This document shows positions 48,592 through 59,737 of a DNA stretch of 64,000 bases, in pieces. The position numbers were made by a program, and so were the translations under genes. The DNA lies in contig NC_086108.1 of NCBI RefSeq assembly GCF_963921235.1, positions 114,082,001-114,146,000 on the forward strand, in the 5' to 3' direction. The notes under the pieces were generated by a model. The model did no database searches. It worked only from the letters and a program-made list of their open reading frames with translations, and was not told the DNA's origin. This DNA comes from Mobula hypostoma. Its lineage: Eukaryota. Within the stretch, counting starts at the first letter, position 1, and every line of letters begins with the position of its first letter.

Positions 48592-49555
48592 AGTGTTCAA
48601 AAAAACTAGGTAAAGATAGAGATCCAGAAGATTGTAAGGCTAGCAGGAAGGAGTTTAAGAATGAAATTAGGAGAGCCAGAAGGGGCCATGAGAAGGCCTT
48701 GACGAGCAGGATTAAGGAAAACCCCAAAGCATTCTACAAGTATTTGAAGAGCAAGAGGATAAGACGTGAGAGAATAGGACTAATCAATGTGTGTATAGAA
48801 CTGGAGGAGAAAGCAGAGGTACTTAATGAATACTTTGTTTCACTACGGAAAAGGATCTTGGCGATTGTATGGATGATTAACAGTGGATTGAAAAAGTTGA
48901 GCTAATAAACATTAAGAAAGAGGATGTGCTGGAGCTTTAGAACAGCATCAAGTTGGATAAGTCTCTGGGATCGGATGAGATGTACTCCAGGCTACGATCT
49001 TTGGCAATGATCTTTGCATCATCAATGATGTTCCGGAGGATTGAAGGGTTGCAGATGTTGTTCCCTTATTCAAGAAAGGGAGTAGAGGTAGCCCAGGAAA
49101 TTGTAGATCAGTGAGTCTTCAGTGGTTGGTAAGTTGATGGAAAAGATCCTGAGAGGCAGGATTTATGAACATTTGGAGAGGCATAATATGATTAGGAATA
49201 GTCAGCCTGGCTTTGTCAAAGGCAGGTCATGCCTTATGAGCCTGAATGAATTTTTTGAGGATGTGACTAAACACATTGATGAAGGTAAAGGAGTAGATGT
49301 AGTGTATATGGATTTCAGCAAGGCATTTGATAAGGTAGCCCCTGCAAGGATGTTTGAGAAAATGCGGAGGCATGGGATCAAGGGGACCTTCCTTTGTGGA
49401 TCCAGAACTGGCTTGCCCACAGAAGGCAAGGAGTGGTTGTGGACAGGTCATATTCTGTATGGAGGTTGGTGACCAGTGGTGTACCTCAGGGATCTGTTCT
49501 GAGATCCTTACTCTTCGTGATGTTTATAAATGACCTGGATGAGGAAGTGGAAGAA
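48592..49555 (+). mobile_element. CR1 ORF2 fragment ending at the 36-bp minisatellite
   Basis: ORF 49122..49472 and GVPQGSVL...INDLDEEVE. Confidence 0.88.
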
Positions 49556-49942
49556 GGGAGGAGTGTCACTCGATCGGATCCCCCTTACGGAGGGGGGAGT
49601 GTCACTCGATCGGATCGCCCTTACGGAGGGGGGAGTGTCGCTCGATCGGATCGCCCTTACGGAGGGGGGAGTGTCACTCGATCGGATCGCCCTTATGGAG
49701 GGGGGAGTGTCACTCGATCGGATCCCCCTTACGGAGGGGGGAGTGTCACTCGATCGGATCCCCCTTACGGAGGGGGGAGTGTCACTCAATCGGATCCCCC
49801 TTACGGAGGGGGGAGTGTCACTCGATCGGATCCCCCTTACGGAGGGGGGAGTGTCACTCAATCCGATCCCCCTTACGGAGGGGGGAGTGTCACTCAATCC
49901 GATCCCCCTTACGGAGGGGGGAGTGTCATTCAATGTGATCCT
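49553..49942. repeat. 36-bp minisatellite, about 10 units plus a partial unit
   Basis: Unit GGAGGGGGGAGTGTCACTCGATCGGATCCCCCTTAC, head-to-tail with no spacers. Confidence 0.97.
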
Positions 49943-50179
49943 AGATGATATGTTCCCACGTGTCTGTGCTGATGTCAGAAGCTTATATTTGCGTTTTCAG
50001 GTTGTCTTTAATCACATTTTATGCAGCTATAAAGAAGCCAAGACAATGGCTATGTTTCATTAGGAGTTTGGAGAGATTTGGTTTGTCAACTAAAACACTC
50101 AAACAGCTGCTGGATAAGAACCAACGATGCCATTGACGACCACCCTCTCTCCACGGTCAATGTCCCTTCCGACCATTGC

Positions 50180-50388
50180 GTTGTTGGAGATTTTGCTGCC
50201 CAGGTAGGTGAACTGCTCGACCGTGGTGAGGGGATGATTGTCAATGGTGTCGTTGGAGATGCTGCTGCCCACATAGGTGAACTGCTCGACCATGGTGAGA
50301 GGGTGATTGTCAATGGTGTCATTGGAGATGTTGCTGCCCAGGTAGGTGAACTGCTGGACCGTGGTGAGAGGGTGGTCGTCAATGGTGA
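50180..50388 (-). repeat. 69-bp tandem triplication of an RTE-like RT fragment
   Basis: TID(D/N)HPLT(T/M)V(Q/E)QFTYLGSxISN(D/N) occurs three times in ORF 50099..50407. Confidence 0.88.
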
Positions 50389-51349
50389 GGTAGATTATAA
50401 ACACCACGAGGGGGTTTCCGTTGGAGGATCATTGTTTTCTTCAGAGTGACTGTTAACCCGAAAACCCTTGATGGAGCTGACTGATTTTACAACTTTCTGC
50501 AGCTTCTTTTGGTCCTGTGCATCCCCCCTCCCCATACCAGACAGTGATGCAGCCTGTCAGAATGTTCTCCATGGTACATCTATAGAGGATTTTGAGTGTT
50601 TTAGTTGACAAACCAAATCTCTCCAAACTCCTAATGAAATATAGCCATTGTCTTGGCCATCACCCAAGATATCTTCAAGGAGCAGTGCTTCAAAAAAGCA
50701 ACATCCATTACGAAGTACCCCATCACCCAGGACATGCCCTCTTTCCATTGTTACTGTCAGGTAGGAAGTACAGGAGCCTGAAGGTACACACTCAGCGATT
50801 CAGGAACAGCTTCTTCCCCTCAGCCATCTGATTCCTAAATGGACATTGAACCCATGAACGCTACCTCACTTTTTAAAAAATAGCTATTATTTCTGTTTTT
50901 CCACTAATTTTAATCTGTTCAATATATATATATTTACTGTAATTGATTTACTATTATTTTCTTTCTATATTATTATTAATTACAGTGAACTGCTGCTGCT
51001 AAATTAACAAGTTTTACAACATGTGCCAGTGATAATAAATCCGATTCTGATTTCATCTGGCCTCCATGGGAACGTTTTCCTTTCTGTAGTTCGCCGAAGA
51101 ACAGCTGATGGTCTGGCATATGAACCACGTGGCCTGCCCAGATTACCTGGGACTGCATCAGAATGGTGTAGGTAGTGGACAGGCCTGCCTTGCTAAGTTC
51201 CTCAGTATCAGGGATTCTGTCTTGACACAATGTTGAGGAACTTCCTGATCCAGACTGTGTGGAAATGGTTCAGTTTCTTGATGTGCCGTTGGTACACTGT
51301 CCATGTTTCACAGGCATAGGGCTGAGTGGGAAGTTGGTAAGCACAACTC

Positions 51350-51809
51350 TTCTGCCATGATGAGGCTAAACTCAGGTTGGAGAAGCAACACCTCATATAC
51401 CGTCTAGGTAGTCTCCAGCCCCTTGGTATGAACATCTCCAACTTCCAGTAATTCCCTCCCCCTCCCTTCCCCTATCCCAGTTTCACTCTGCCCCCTCCCC
51501 CAGCTGCCTATCACCTCCCTCTTGGTTCCGCCTCCTTCTACTACCCATTGTGTTTTCCCCTATTCCTTCTTCACTTTTCCTGCCTATCCCCTCCCTACTT
51601 TCCCTCCCCCACCCCTTTATTTTTCCCCTTACTGGTTTTTCACCTGGAACCGACCAGCCTTCTCCTTCCCACCCTCCCCCCACCTTCTTTATAGGGCCTC
51701 TGCCCCTTCCCTCTACAGTCCTGATGAAGGGTTCCGGCCCGAAACGTTGACTGATCTTTTCCACAGATGCTGCCTGACCTGCTGAGTTCCTCCAGCGTGT
51801 TGTGAGTGT
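51350..51809 (+). mobile_element. Penelope-like 3' end with hammerhead motif, inserted in the RTE
   Basis: RLEKQHLIYRLGSLQP remnant, pyrimidine-rich UTR and HHR motif. Flanked by TGAGTGGGAAGTT at 51323-51335 and 51810-51822. Confidence 0.8.
51716..51753 (+). ncRNA. Minimal hammerhead ribozyme motif (PLE type)
   Basis: CAGUC CUGAUGA A GGGU-UCCG-GCCC GAAAC GUU GACUG. Confidence 0.78.
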
Positions 51810-53749
51810 TGAGTGGGAAGTTCTATGCCTCTTCTGGTCCGGAAGTTAGTATAAAGTCTGCTGAATATTACATTTACTTTAGTGTTTACTTCATTTTCAG
51901 TGTTGATGTTCTGGGACAGTGTGCTGCCAAGATACACGAACTTGCTCACTGGGTCAAGTCTTTGAGTGTAGATTGTGATGCTTGGCTCAGTATATGATTT
52001 CCCTGGAACTGTCTGAAGCGTTACAGCAGTTTTCCTGCTGCTGATTTAAGCCCAGAGTTGGTACAGGCATCTGCAAACTTGTTGACGGAGCGCTGCTTAT
52101 CATCTTTTTAACCAGCATTGAGGGCACACTCATCAGCAAAACGGAAGTCTCTGTTGACGTCTGTCATAACCTTAGTTTTTGCTTGGAGCCTCCTGAGGTT
52201 GAATTGTTTCCCATCAGTGCGGAATCTGATGCCATTGTCGCTGTTGCCATCTCTGAAGCAATCAGTCAACATAGTGGAGAGCACCAGACTGAATAGCCTT
52301 GGCACCAAGACACAGCACTGCTTGGCCCTGCTTGAGAAAGGAAAGGGCTCGGGTGTCTCACCATTGCCCTGAACTCCAGCTTACATGCCATCATGGAATA
52401 GCTACATATGGTGATGAATTCCCTCGGGCATCTGTACTTCTCCACGATGTTCCACAGACCCTGCTAACAGTGTTGAAGGCCTCAGATTGACATAGCAGGA
52501 GAACAGGTCAGCATTTTGCTCCTGACATTTCTCCTGCAGCAAACACCATATTGTAATCTCCAGAATCCACACTAGCTCTCTGGTAGGAGTCCCCAGTCAA
52601 GGTGTGATGTGAGACAGTTGAGAAAAAGCCTGGTGAAGATCTTGCCCGCGATGGACAGCAAGGATATTCCCCGATAGTTGCTGCAGGACTGTTAGTTTCC
52701 TTTTCACTTATAAAAGTGGATGATGGATGCATCTTTAAATTCCTATGGAATTGTCTCTTGGTGCCATTTGAGTTGGAAGAGCTGATGGAGCGTTTCTGTT
52801 GTCGCTGCATCACCTTCCTTGTAGGCTCAGCTGGTATTGTTTCTGATCCAGGTGCTTCGCCGCTGGAGAGCTAATGTATCGCTTTCTAGGTCTCAGCTAA
52901 GTTTGGTAGGGCATCCAGTGCTTCGTTGGCAGGTTCTTGGGGCAGGCAATCAATGACTTCATCATTTATAGTCGAAGGACGATTCAGAACGCTGTTAAAG
53001 TGCTTAGCACACCGACGAAAAATTTTCTCTTTGTTCATGATCAGCATGTTCCCATTAGCACTGAGGAGAGGGGATGATCCGGGTGATGTGGAGCTATAGA
53101 CTTCTTTTAATGCAGTGTAGAAGTTCTTTAAAATCATGACTATCTGCATATGCCTGGATCTCATCAGCTTTATTGATCAGCCAGGAATCCTGCATTAGGC
53201 AGAATTTGTATTGTACGGTCCTTTGGCTGTTATTGAAGGCATCCTTCTTTGAGATGGATTTCAGGTCACTGAGGAAAGCTTTGTGGAGATGATGTTCCTC
53301 ATCCAGCAGTTGTTTGATGTTGACATAGTTTTCATCAAACCAGTTCTTGTACTTTCTGGTAACAGGCTCCAGAATCTCTGTAGCAGTGTTACAGATCAGC
53401 TCTTGAGGGCTGAACAAGCAGTTTCCACATTCTGTCCATCCAAAGGGGTGGAGTTTAACAGAGTGTTAACAAAGCACAGCTTAATGTAACTGCTTTTCAG
53501 CTGGGAGACTTTCAGCCATCTTGGGGCTTTCTTTCCTTGTGGACCTCTCAGGCTGCATATGAATGTTCAAGTTAGAAATTCTGAGATTTGGACCATTTAG
53601 AAACAGGACGGTGGGCTGGGCATCATTCAACTGTGCAAATACAAAAAGAGAAAAAACAATAACAATAAATAAATAACAAACATATATTGAGATCATGAGA
53701 TGAAGAGTCCTGGAAAGTGAGCTACACTACCGTGGTGCAATCACTGTGC

Positions 53750-56700
53750 AATAATGTTCGCCTCCCAGGTGCCGGGGTCCGGGATGTTTCTGAACGCGTC
53801 CACAATATCCTGAAAAGGGAGGGTGAACAGCCAGAGGTTGTGGTACATATTGGTATGAACGACATAGGTAGGAAAAGGGAGGAGATCCTGAAAACAGACT
53901 ACAAGGAGTTAGGAAGCTGAGAAGTAGGACCTCAAGGATAGTAATCTCTGGATTACTGCCTGTGCCACGCGACAGTGAGCATAGGAATAGAATGAGGTGG
54001 AGGATAAATGTGTGGCTGAAGGATTGGAGCAGGGCTGAGGGATTCAGATTTTGGGGTCATTGGGACCTCTTCTGGGGCAAGTGTGACCTGTACAAAAAGG
54101 ATGGGTTACACTTGGATCCGATAGGGACCAATATCCTGACGGGGAGGTTTGTTAATGCTATTGGGGACGGTTTAAACTAGATTTTCGGGGGTGGGGGGGA
54201 ACCGAAGTGAAGAGGCAGAGGATGGGGAGGTTGGAATGGAGCACAAGTAGAGACAGCTTGTAGAGAGTTTGTGAGGAAGGACAGGCAGATGTTAGAGCAA
54301 AGATGCACTCAGCCTGATGGTTTGAGATGTGCCTGTTTTAATGCAAGGAGTATCATAAACAAGGCGGATGAACTTAGAGTGTGGATCAATACGTGGAACT
54401 GTGACGTTGTGGCCATTACAGACGTTTGGAAGTCTCAGGGGCAGAAATGTGCCAGGCTTTAGAGGTTTCAAAAAGGACAGGGAGGGAGGCAAAAGAGGTG
54501 GGGGCGTGCCATTGCTAATCAGGGATAGTGTCACAGCTGCAGAAAAGGAGGAAGTCGTGGAGGGATGGTCTACTGAGTCAGTGCGGGTGGAAGTCAGAAA
54601 CAGGAAGGGGGCAATAACTCTACTGGGTGTTATTTATAGACCCCCCTCCCCCAGTAGTAACAAGGACATTGAGGAGCAGATGGGGAGGCAGATTCTGGAA
54701 CAGTGCAATAATAATAGGATTGTTGTGATGGGTGATTTTAACTTTCCTAATATTGATTGGCCTCTCCTTAGAGCACGGGGTTTGGATGGGGTGGAGTTTG
54801 TTAGGTGTGTTCGGGAAGGTTTCCTGATGCAATATGTAGATAAGCCAACTAGAGGGAGGCTGTACTTGATCTGGCATTAGGAAATTGAACTCTCACAGTG
54901 GGAGGGCATTTTGGGGGTAGTGATCACAGCTCTATCTCCTTTACTGGAGAGGGATAGGAACAGACAATTTTGGAAAACATTTAATTGGGGTAGGGGGAAA
55001 TAATATGCTATCAGGCAGAAACATTGGAGCATAAATTGAGAGCAAATGTTCTCAGGCAAATGCATGGCAGAAATATGCAAATGTTCAGGGAATATTTGCA
55101 TGGCATTCTGTGTAGGTATGTTCCATTGAGGCTGAGAAAGGATGGTAGGGTAAAAGATCCATGCTGTACAAAGATTGTGGAAAATCTAGTTAAGAAGAAA
55201 AGAAAAGCTTATGAAAGATTCAAGAAACTAGGTACTGATAGAGTTCTTGAAAATTACAAGGTTGTTAAGAAGGGGCATAAGAACGCGTGCATGGAGTCGG
55301 AGGAGGTAGTCGGGGTACATAATGAATACTTTGCTTCAGTATTCACCAGGGAAAAAGATCTTGGCAATTGTGGGAATGACTTGCAGTGGACTGAAATGCT
55401 TGAGCACATAGACATTAAGAAAGAGGATGTGCTGCAGCTTTTGAAAAGCGTCAAGTTAGATAAGTCACTGGGACTGGATGAGATGTACCCCAGGCTACTC
55501 TGGTAAGCAAGGGAGGAGATAGCTGAGCCTCTTGCGATGATCTTTGTGTCATCAATAGGGACAGGAGAAAATTAGATCATTGCAAATGTTGTTCCCTTGT
55601 TCAAGAAATGGAGTAGAGATAACCCAGGAAATTATAGACCAGTGAGTGTGACTTCAGTGGTGGGCAAATTGTTGGAGAAGATCCTGAGAGACAGGATCCA
55701 TATCATTCAGAAAGTAAGGAGGCATGGGATCCAAGGAGACCTTGCTTTGTGGATCTAGAATTGGCTTGCCCACTGAAGACAAAAGGTGGTTGTAGATGGT
55801 TTGTATTCTGCATGGAGGTCGATGACATGGTGTGCCTCAGGGATCTGTTCTGGGACCCTTGCTCTTCGTGATTTTTATAAATGACCTGGATGAAGAAGTA
55901 GAAGGGTGGGTTAGTAAGTTTGCTGATGACACTAAAGTTGGGGGTGTCGTGGATAGTCTAGAGGGTTGTCAGAGGTTACAGCGGGACATTGATAGGATGC
56001 AGAACTGGGCTGAGAAGTGGCAGATGGAGTTCAACCCAGATAAGTGTGAGGTGGTTCATTTTGGTCAGTCACATTTGAAGACAGAATGTAGTATTAATGG
56101 TAAGAATCTTGGCAGTGTGAAGGATCAGAGAGATCTTGGGGTCCGAGACCATAGGACACTCAAAGCTGCTGCGCAGGTTGATGGTATTGTTAAGAAGGTG
56201 TATTGTGCTGGCATTCATCAACCATGGGGTTTAGTTCAAAAACTGATTTAGAGAGATTAGGAGAGTTGGGCAAAGAAATGGTAGATGGAATACAGTGTCA
56301 GGAAGTGTATGGTCATGTAGAAGAGATGGAAAGGTGGACTATTTTCTAAATGGAGAGAAAATACAAAAAACTGAGGTGCAAAGGGACCTGGGACTCCTTG
56401 TGTAGGATTCTCGAAAGGTTAATTTGCAGGTTGCGTCTGTGGTGAGGAAAGAAAATGCAATGTTAGCATTCATTTCAATTGGACTAGAATATAAAAGCAA
56501 GGATGTAAAGTTGAGAGTTTATAAAGCGCTGGTGAGGCCTCAGTTGGAGTGTTGTGAACAGTTTTGGGCCCCTTATCTAAGAAAGGATGTGCTGAAACTG
56601 GAGAGGGTTCAAAGGAGTTTCATGAAAATGACTCCAGGACTAAATGGCTTGTCATATGAAGAGCGTTTGATGGCTGTGGGCCTGTATCCACTGGAATTCA

Positions 56701-57100
56701 GAGGAATGAGAGGTGACCTAATTGAAACATATCGAATAGTGAAAGGATTTCATAGAGTGGATGTGGAGAGGATGCTTCCTATGATGGCAGAGTCTAAGAC
56801 CAGAGGACACAGCCTCAGAATAGAGGGGCATACTTTTAGAATGGAGATGAGGAGGAATTTCTTTAGCCAGAGAGTGGTGAATTTGCGGAATTCATTGCCA
56901 CAGGCAGCTGTGGAGGTCAAACCTTTATGTATATTTAAGGCAGATTGGTCAGGGTATGAAGGGATGCAAGGTGGGGGTGGGGTGTGGGAGACAGACTGGG
57001 GCTGAGAGGGAAAACGGATCAGCCATGATAAAATGGCGGAGCAGACTCGATGGGCCAAATGGCCTGATTCTGCTCCTATATCTTATATTTTATGGTCTTA
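53750..57100 (+). mobile_element. Decayed CR1 (ORF1 esterase end plus ORF2) followed by a second CR1 3' fragment from about 56250
   Basis: HIGMND, DGLH...GDGLN* (ORF1); EN and RT pieces in ORFs 54368..54880, 55832..56251 and 56424..57005. Confidence 0.88.
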
Positions 57101-59166
57101 TGATTAAAAGACTCCAGAGCTGGAGGGATTCTCACATGAGCTGAAGGGCGGGGATGGGGAATGAGGTGAAATTCTTTCTTTCAAAGATTCAGTCATGGAG
57201 TTGTACAGACTCTTTGGCACAACATGCCTATGCTACCTATACTAATTGCACTACCTGCATTAATTCCACATCCCTCTTTACCCAGCTCATTTAAGTACAA
57301 GTCCAGATTCCCCTTTGGGGTAGCACACTTTGTGCAATGTTATTATGAGCTGGGTCCAATTCCGCAGCTGTTTCTATGTTCTCCCCAAGTGTGCATGGGT
57401 TTCCTCCGGGTGTTCTGGTTCATCATTTCCCTGGGTTCGGGACATTGTCCTGTCTGGAATGACGGAAAGGCTGGGCTTGTAACCACTGAGCTGCAAAAGA
57501 CTGAGGGGGAGAGTGGATATCGGACCGCTGGAAAATGACATCAGAGAGGTAATAAAGGGGGACAATAAAGTGGTAGACAAACTGAATAAGTATTTTGCAT
57601 CACTAATTTAATTGGGAGAAGTGCACAGACGCAGTAGCTCGTCATCGCACAAGGCCGCTGAGAAGGTTCCGGGATAAAATGGAGACACTGCCGAGTGGAG
57701 TGGTCATTGAATGAGCAGTTGTCAGAGTAGTAAGGCTTTGGCTCATCGGGGCTTTGGCGAGGACGGGCCTGGGTGAGGTAAAGAGACAAGCCACTTTCAT
57801 ATTTCTTTTTTCCTCTAACTTAAGATCAGTGGGTATGACTGTGAGGCCAATTTTCTGCTCTGTGTGTCAGATATCTGGGAGACCTCCAGCCTCCCTGATG
57901 GCCACATCTACGCCAAGTGCATCGAGTTACAGCTCCTTACAGACCGAGTTAGGGAACTGGAGCTGCAGCTCAACGACCTTCAGCTTGTTAGGGAGAGTGG
58001 GGAGGGAATCGATAGGAGCTACAGACAGGCAGTGACACTGGGGTCACAGGAGGGAGATAAGTGGGTGACTGTCAGGAGAGGGAAGGGAGAACGTCAGGTA
58101 GTGGAGAGCACCCCTGTGGCTGTCCCCTTCAACAATAAGTACTCCATTTTGAGTACTAATGAGGGGGACAGCCTACCTGGGGGAAGCAACAGTGACCACA
58201 CCTCTGGCACTGGGTCTGGCCCTGTGGCTCAGAAGGGTAGGGAACTAAAGAGGATGGCAGCAGCAATAGGGGACGATAGTTAGGGGGACAGATAGGCGAT
58301 TCTGTGGGTGCGAAAAAGAAACAAGGATGGTAGTTTGCTTTCCAGGTGCCAGGGTTTGTGATGTTTCTGAGCGTGTTCACAATATCCTGAAATGGGAAGG
58401 TGAGCAGACAGAGGTCGTGGTACTAACGATATAGTTAGAAAAAGGCTGGAGGTCCCGAAAGCAGAATACAGGGAGTTAGGAAGGAATCTGAGAAGCAGGA
58501 CCTCAAAGGTAGTAATCTCGGGATTGCTGCCTGTGCCAGGCGACAGTGAGTAGAGGAATAGAATGAGGTGGAGGATAAATGTGTGGATGAGGGATTGGAG
58601 CGGGGGTGGGGAGCAGGGATTCATTGGGACCTCTTCTGGGGCAGATGTGATCTGTACGAAAAGGACAGGTTGCACTTGAATCCGACAGGGACCAATACGG
58701 GGAGGTTTGCTGATGGGTTTAAACTAGATTTGCGGGGGGGGGGAATCGAAGTGAAGAGGCAGAGGATTGGGAGGTTGGTGCACAAGTAGAGACAGCTTCT
58801 AGGGAGTTTGTGAGGAAGGATAGGCAGATGTTAGAGCAAAGATGCACTGAGCCTGATGGTTTGAGATGTGTCTATTTTAATGCAAGGAGTATCATAAACA
58901 AGGCGGATGAACTTAGAGTGTGGATCAATACGTGGAAATATGATGTTGTGGCCATTACAGAGATTTGGATGTCTCAGGGGCAGGAATGGCTACTGAGTGT
59001 GCCAGGCTTTAGATGTTTCAAAAAGAGCAGGGAGAGTTGCAAAAGAGGTGCGGGCACAGTATTGCTAATCAGAGATAGTGTCACAGCTGCAGAAAAGGAG
59101 GAAGCCATGGAGGGATTGTCTGCTGAGTCAGTGTGGGTGGAAGTCAGAAACAGGAAAGGATCAATA

Positions 59167-59737
59167 ACGCAAACACGAGGAATTCTGCAGATGCTGGAAA
59201 TTCAAGCAACACACATCAAAGTTGCTGGTGAACGCAGCAGGCCAGGCAGCATCTCTAGGAAGAGGTACAGTTGACGTTTCAGGCCGAGACCCTTCGTCAG
59301 GACTAACTGAAGGAAGAGCTAGTAAGAGATTTAAAAGTGGGAGGGGGAGGGGGAGATCCAAAATGATAGGAGAAGACAGGAGGGGGAGGGATGGAGCCAA
59401 GAGCTGGACAGGTGATTGGGAAAAGGGATATGAGAGGATCTTGGGACAGGAGGCCCAGGGAGAAGGAAAAGGGGGGGGGGGGACCCAGAGGATGGGCAAA
59501 GGGTATAGTCAGAGGGACAGAGGGAGAAAAAGGAGAGAGAGAGAGAGAAAGAATGTGTGTATATAAATAAATAACGGATGGGGTACGAGGAGGAGGTGGG
59601 GCATTAGCGGAAGTTAGAGAAGTCGATGTTCATGCCATCAGGTTGGAGGCTACCCAGAAGGAATATAAGGTGTACCTCCTCCTAAAGATGCTGCCTGGCC
59701 TGCTGCATTCACCAGCAACTTTGATGTGTGTTGCTTG
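59167..59737 (-). mobile_element. Penelope-like terminal element with about 65-bp inverted ends and a hammerhead motif
   Basis: 59203-59268 is the inverted complement of 59671-59737. Encodes a GIY-YIG C-terminal remnant (LGSLQPDGMNIDFSNF*). Host CR1 AATAAC is duplicated at both sides. Confidence 0.8.
59268..59305 (-). ncRNA. Minimal hammerhead ribozyme motif, two stem substitutions
   Basis: Minus strand: UAGUC CUGACGA A GGGU-CUCG-GCCU GAAAC GUC AACUG. Confidence 0.65.

Larger units (their letters stand above)
51040..53570 (-). mobile_element. Decayed RTE-clade (BovB-like) LINE
   Basis: HFNSVLNRPSTIND, FRTDGKQFNLRRLQAKTKV, FADECAL, FVYLGSTLS, YACETWTVY, WAGHVVHM. Confidence 0.85.

Noticed and set aside
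49553..49942. 36-bp array as a CRISPR array, or as a real repetitive protein (GGGSVTRSDPPY)n
   Set aside because: Units are head-to-tail with no unique spacers, there are no cas genes, and the context is vertebrate. The open frames follow from a stop-poor unit whose length is a multiple of 3.
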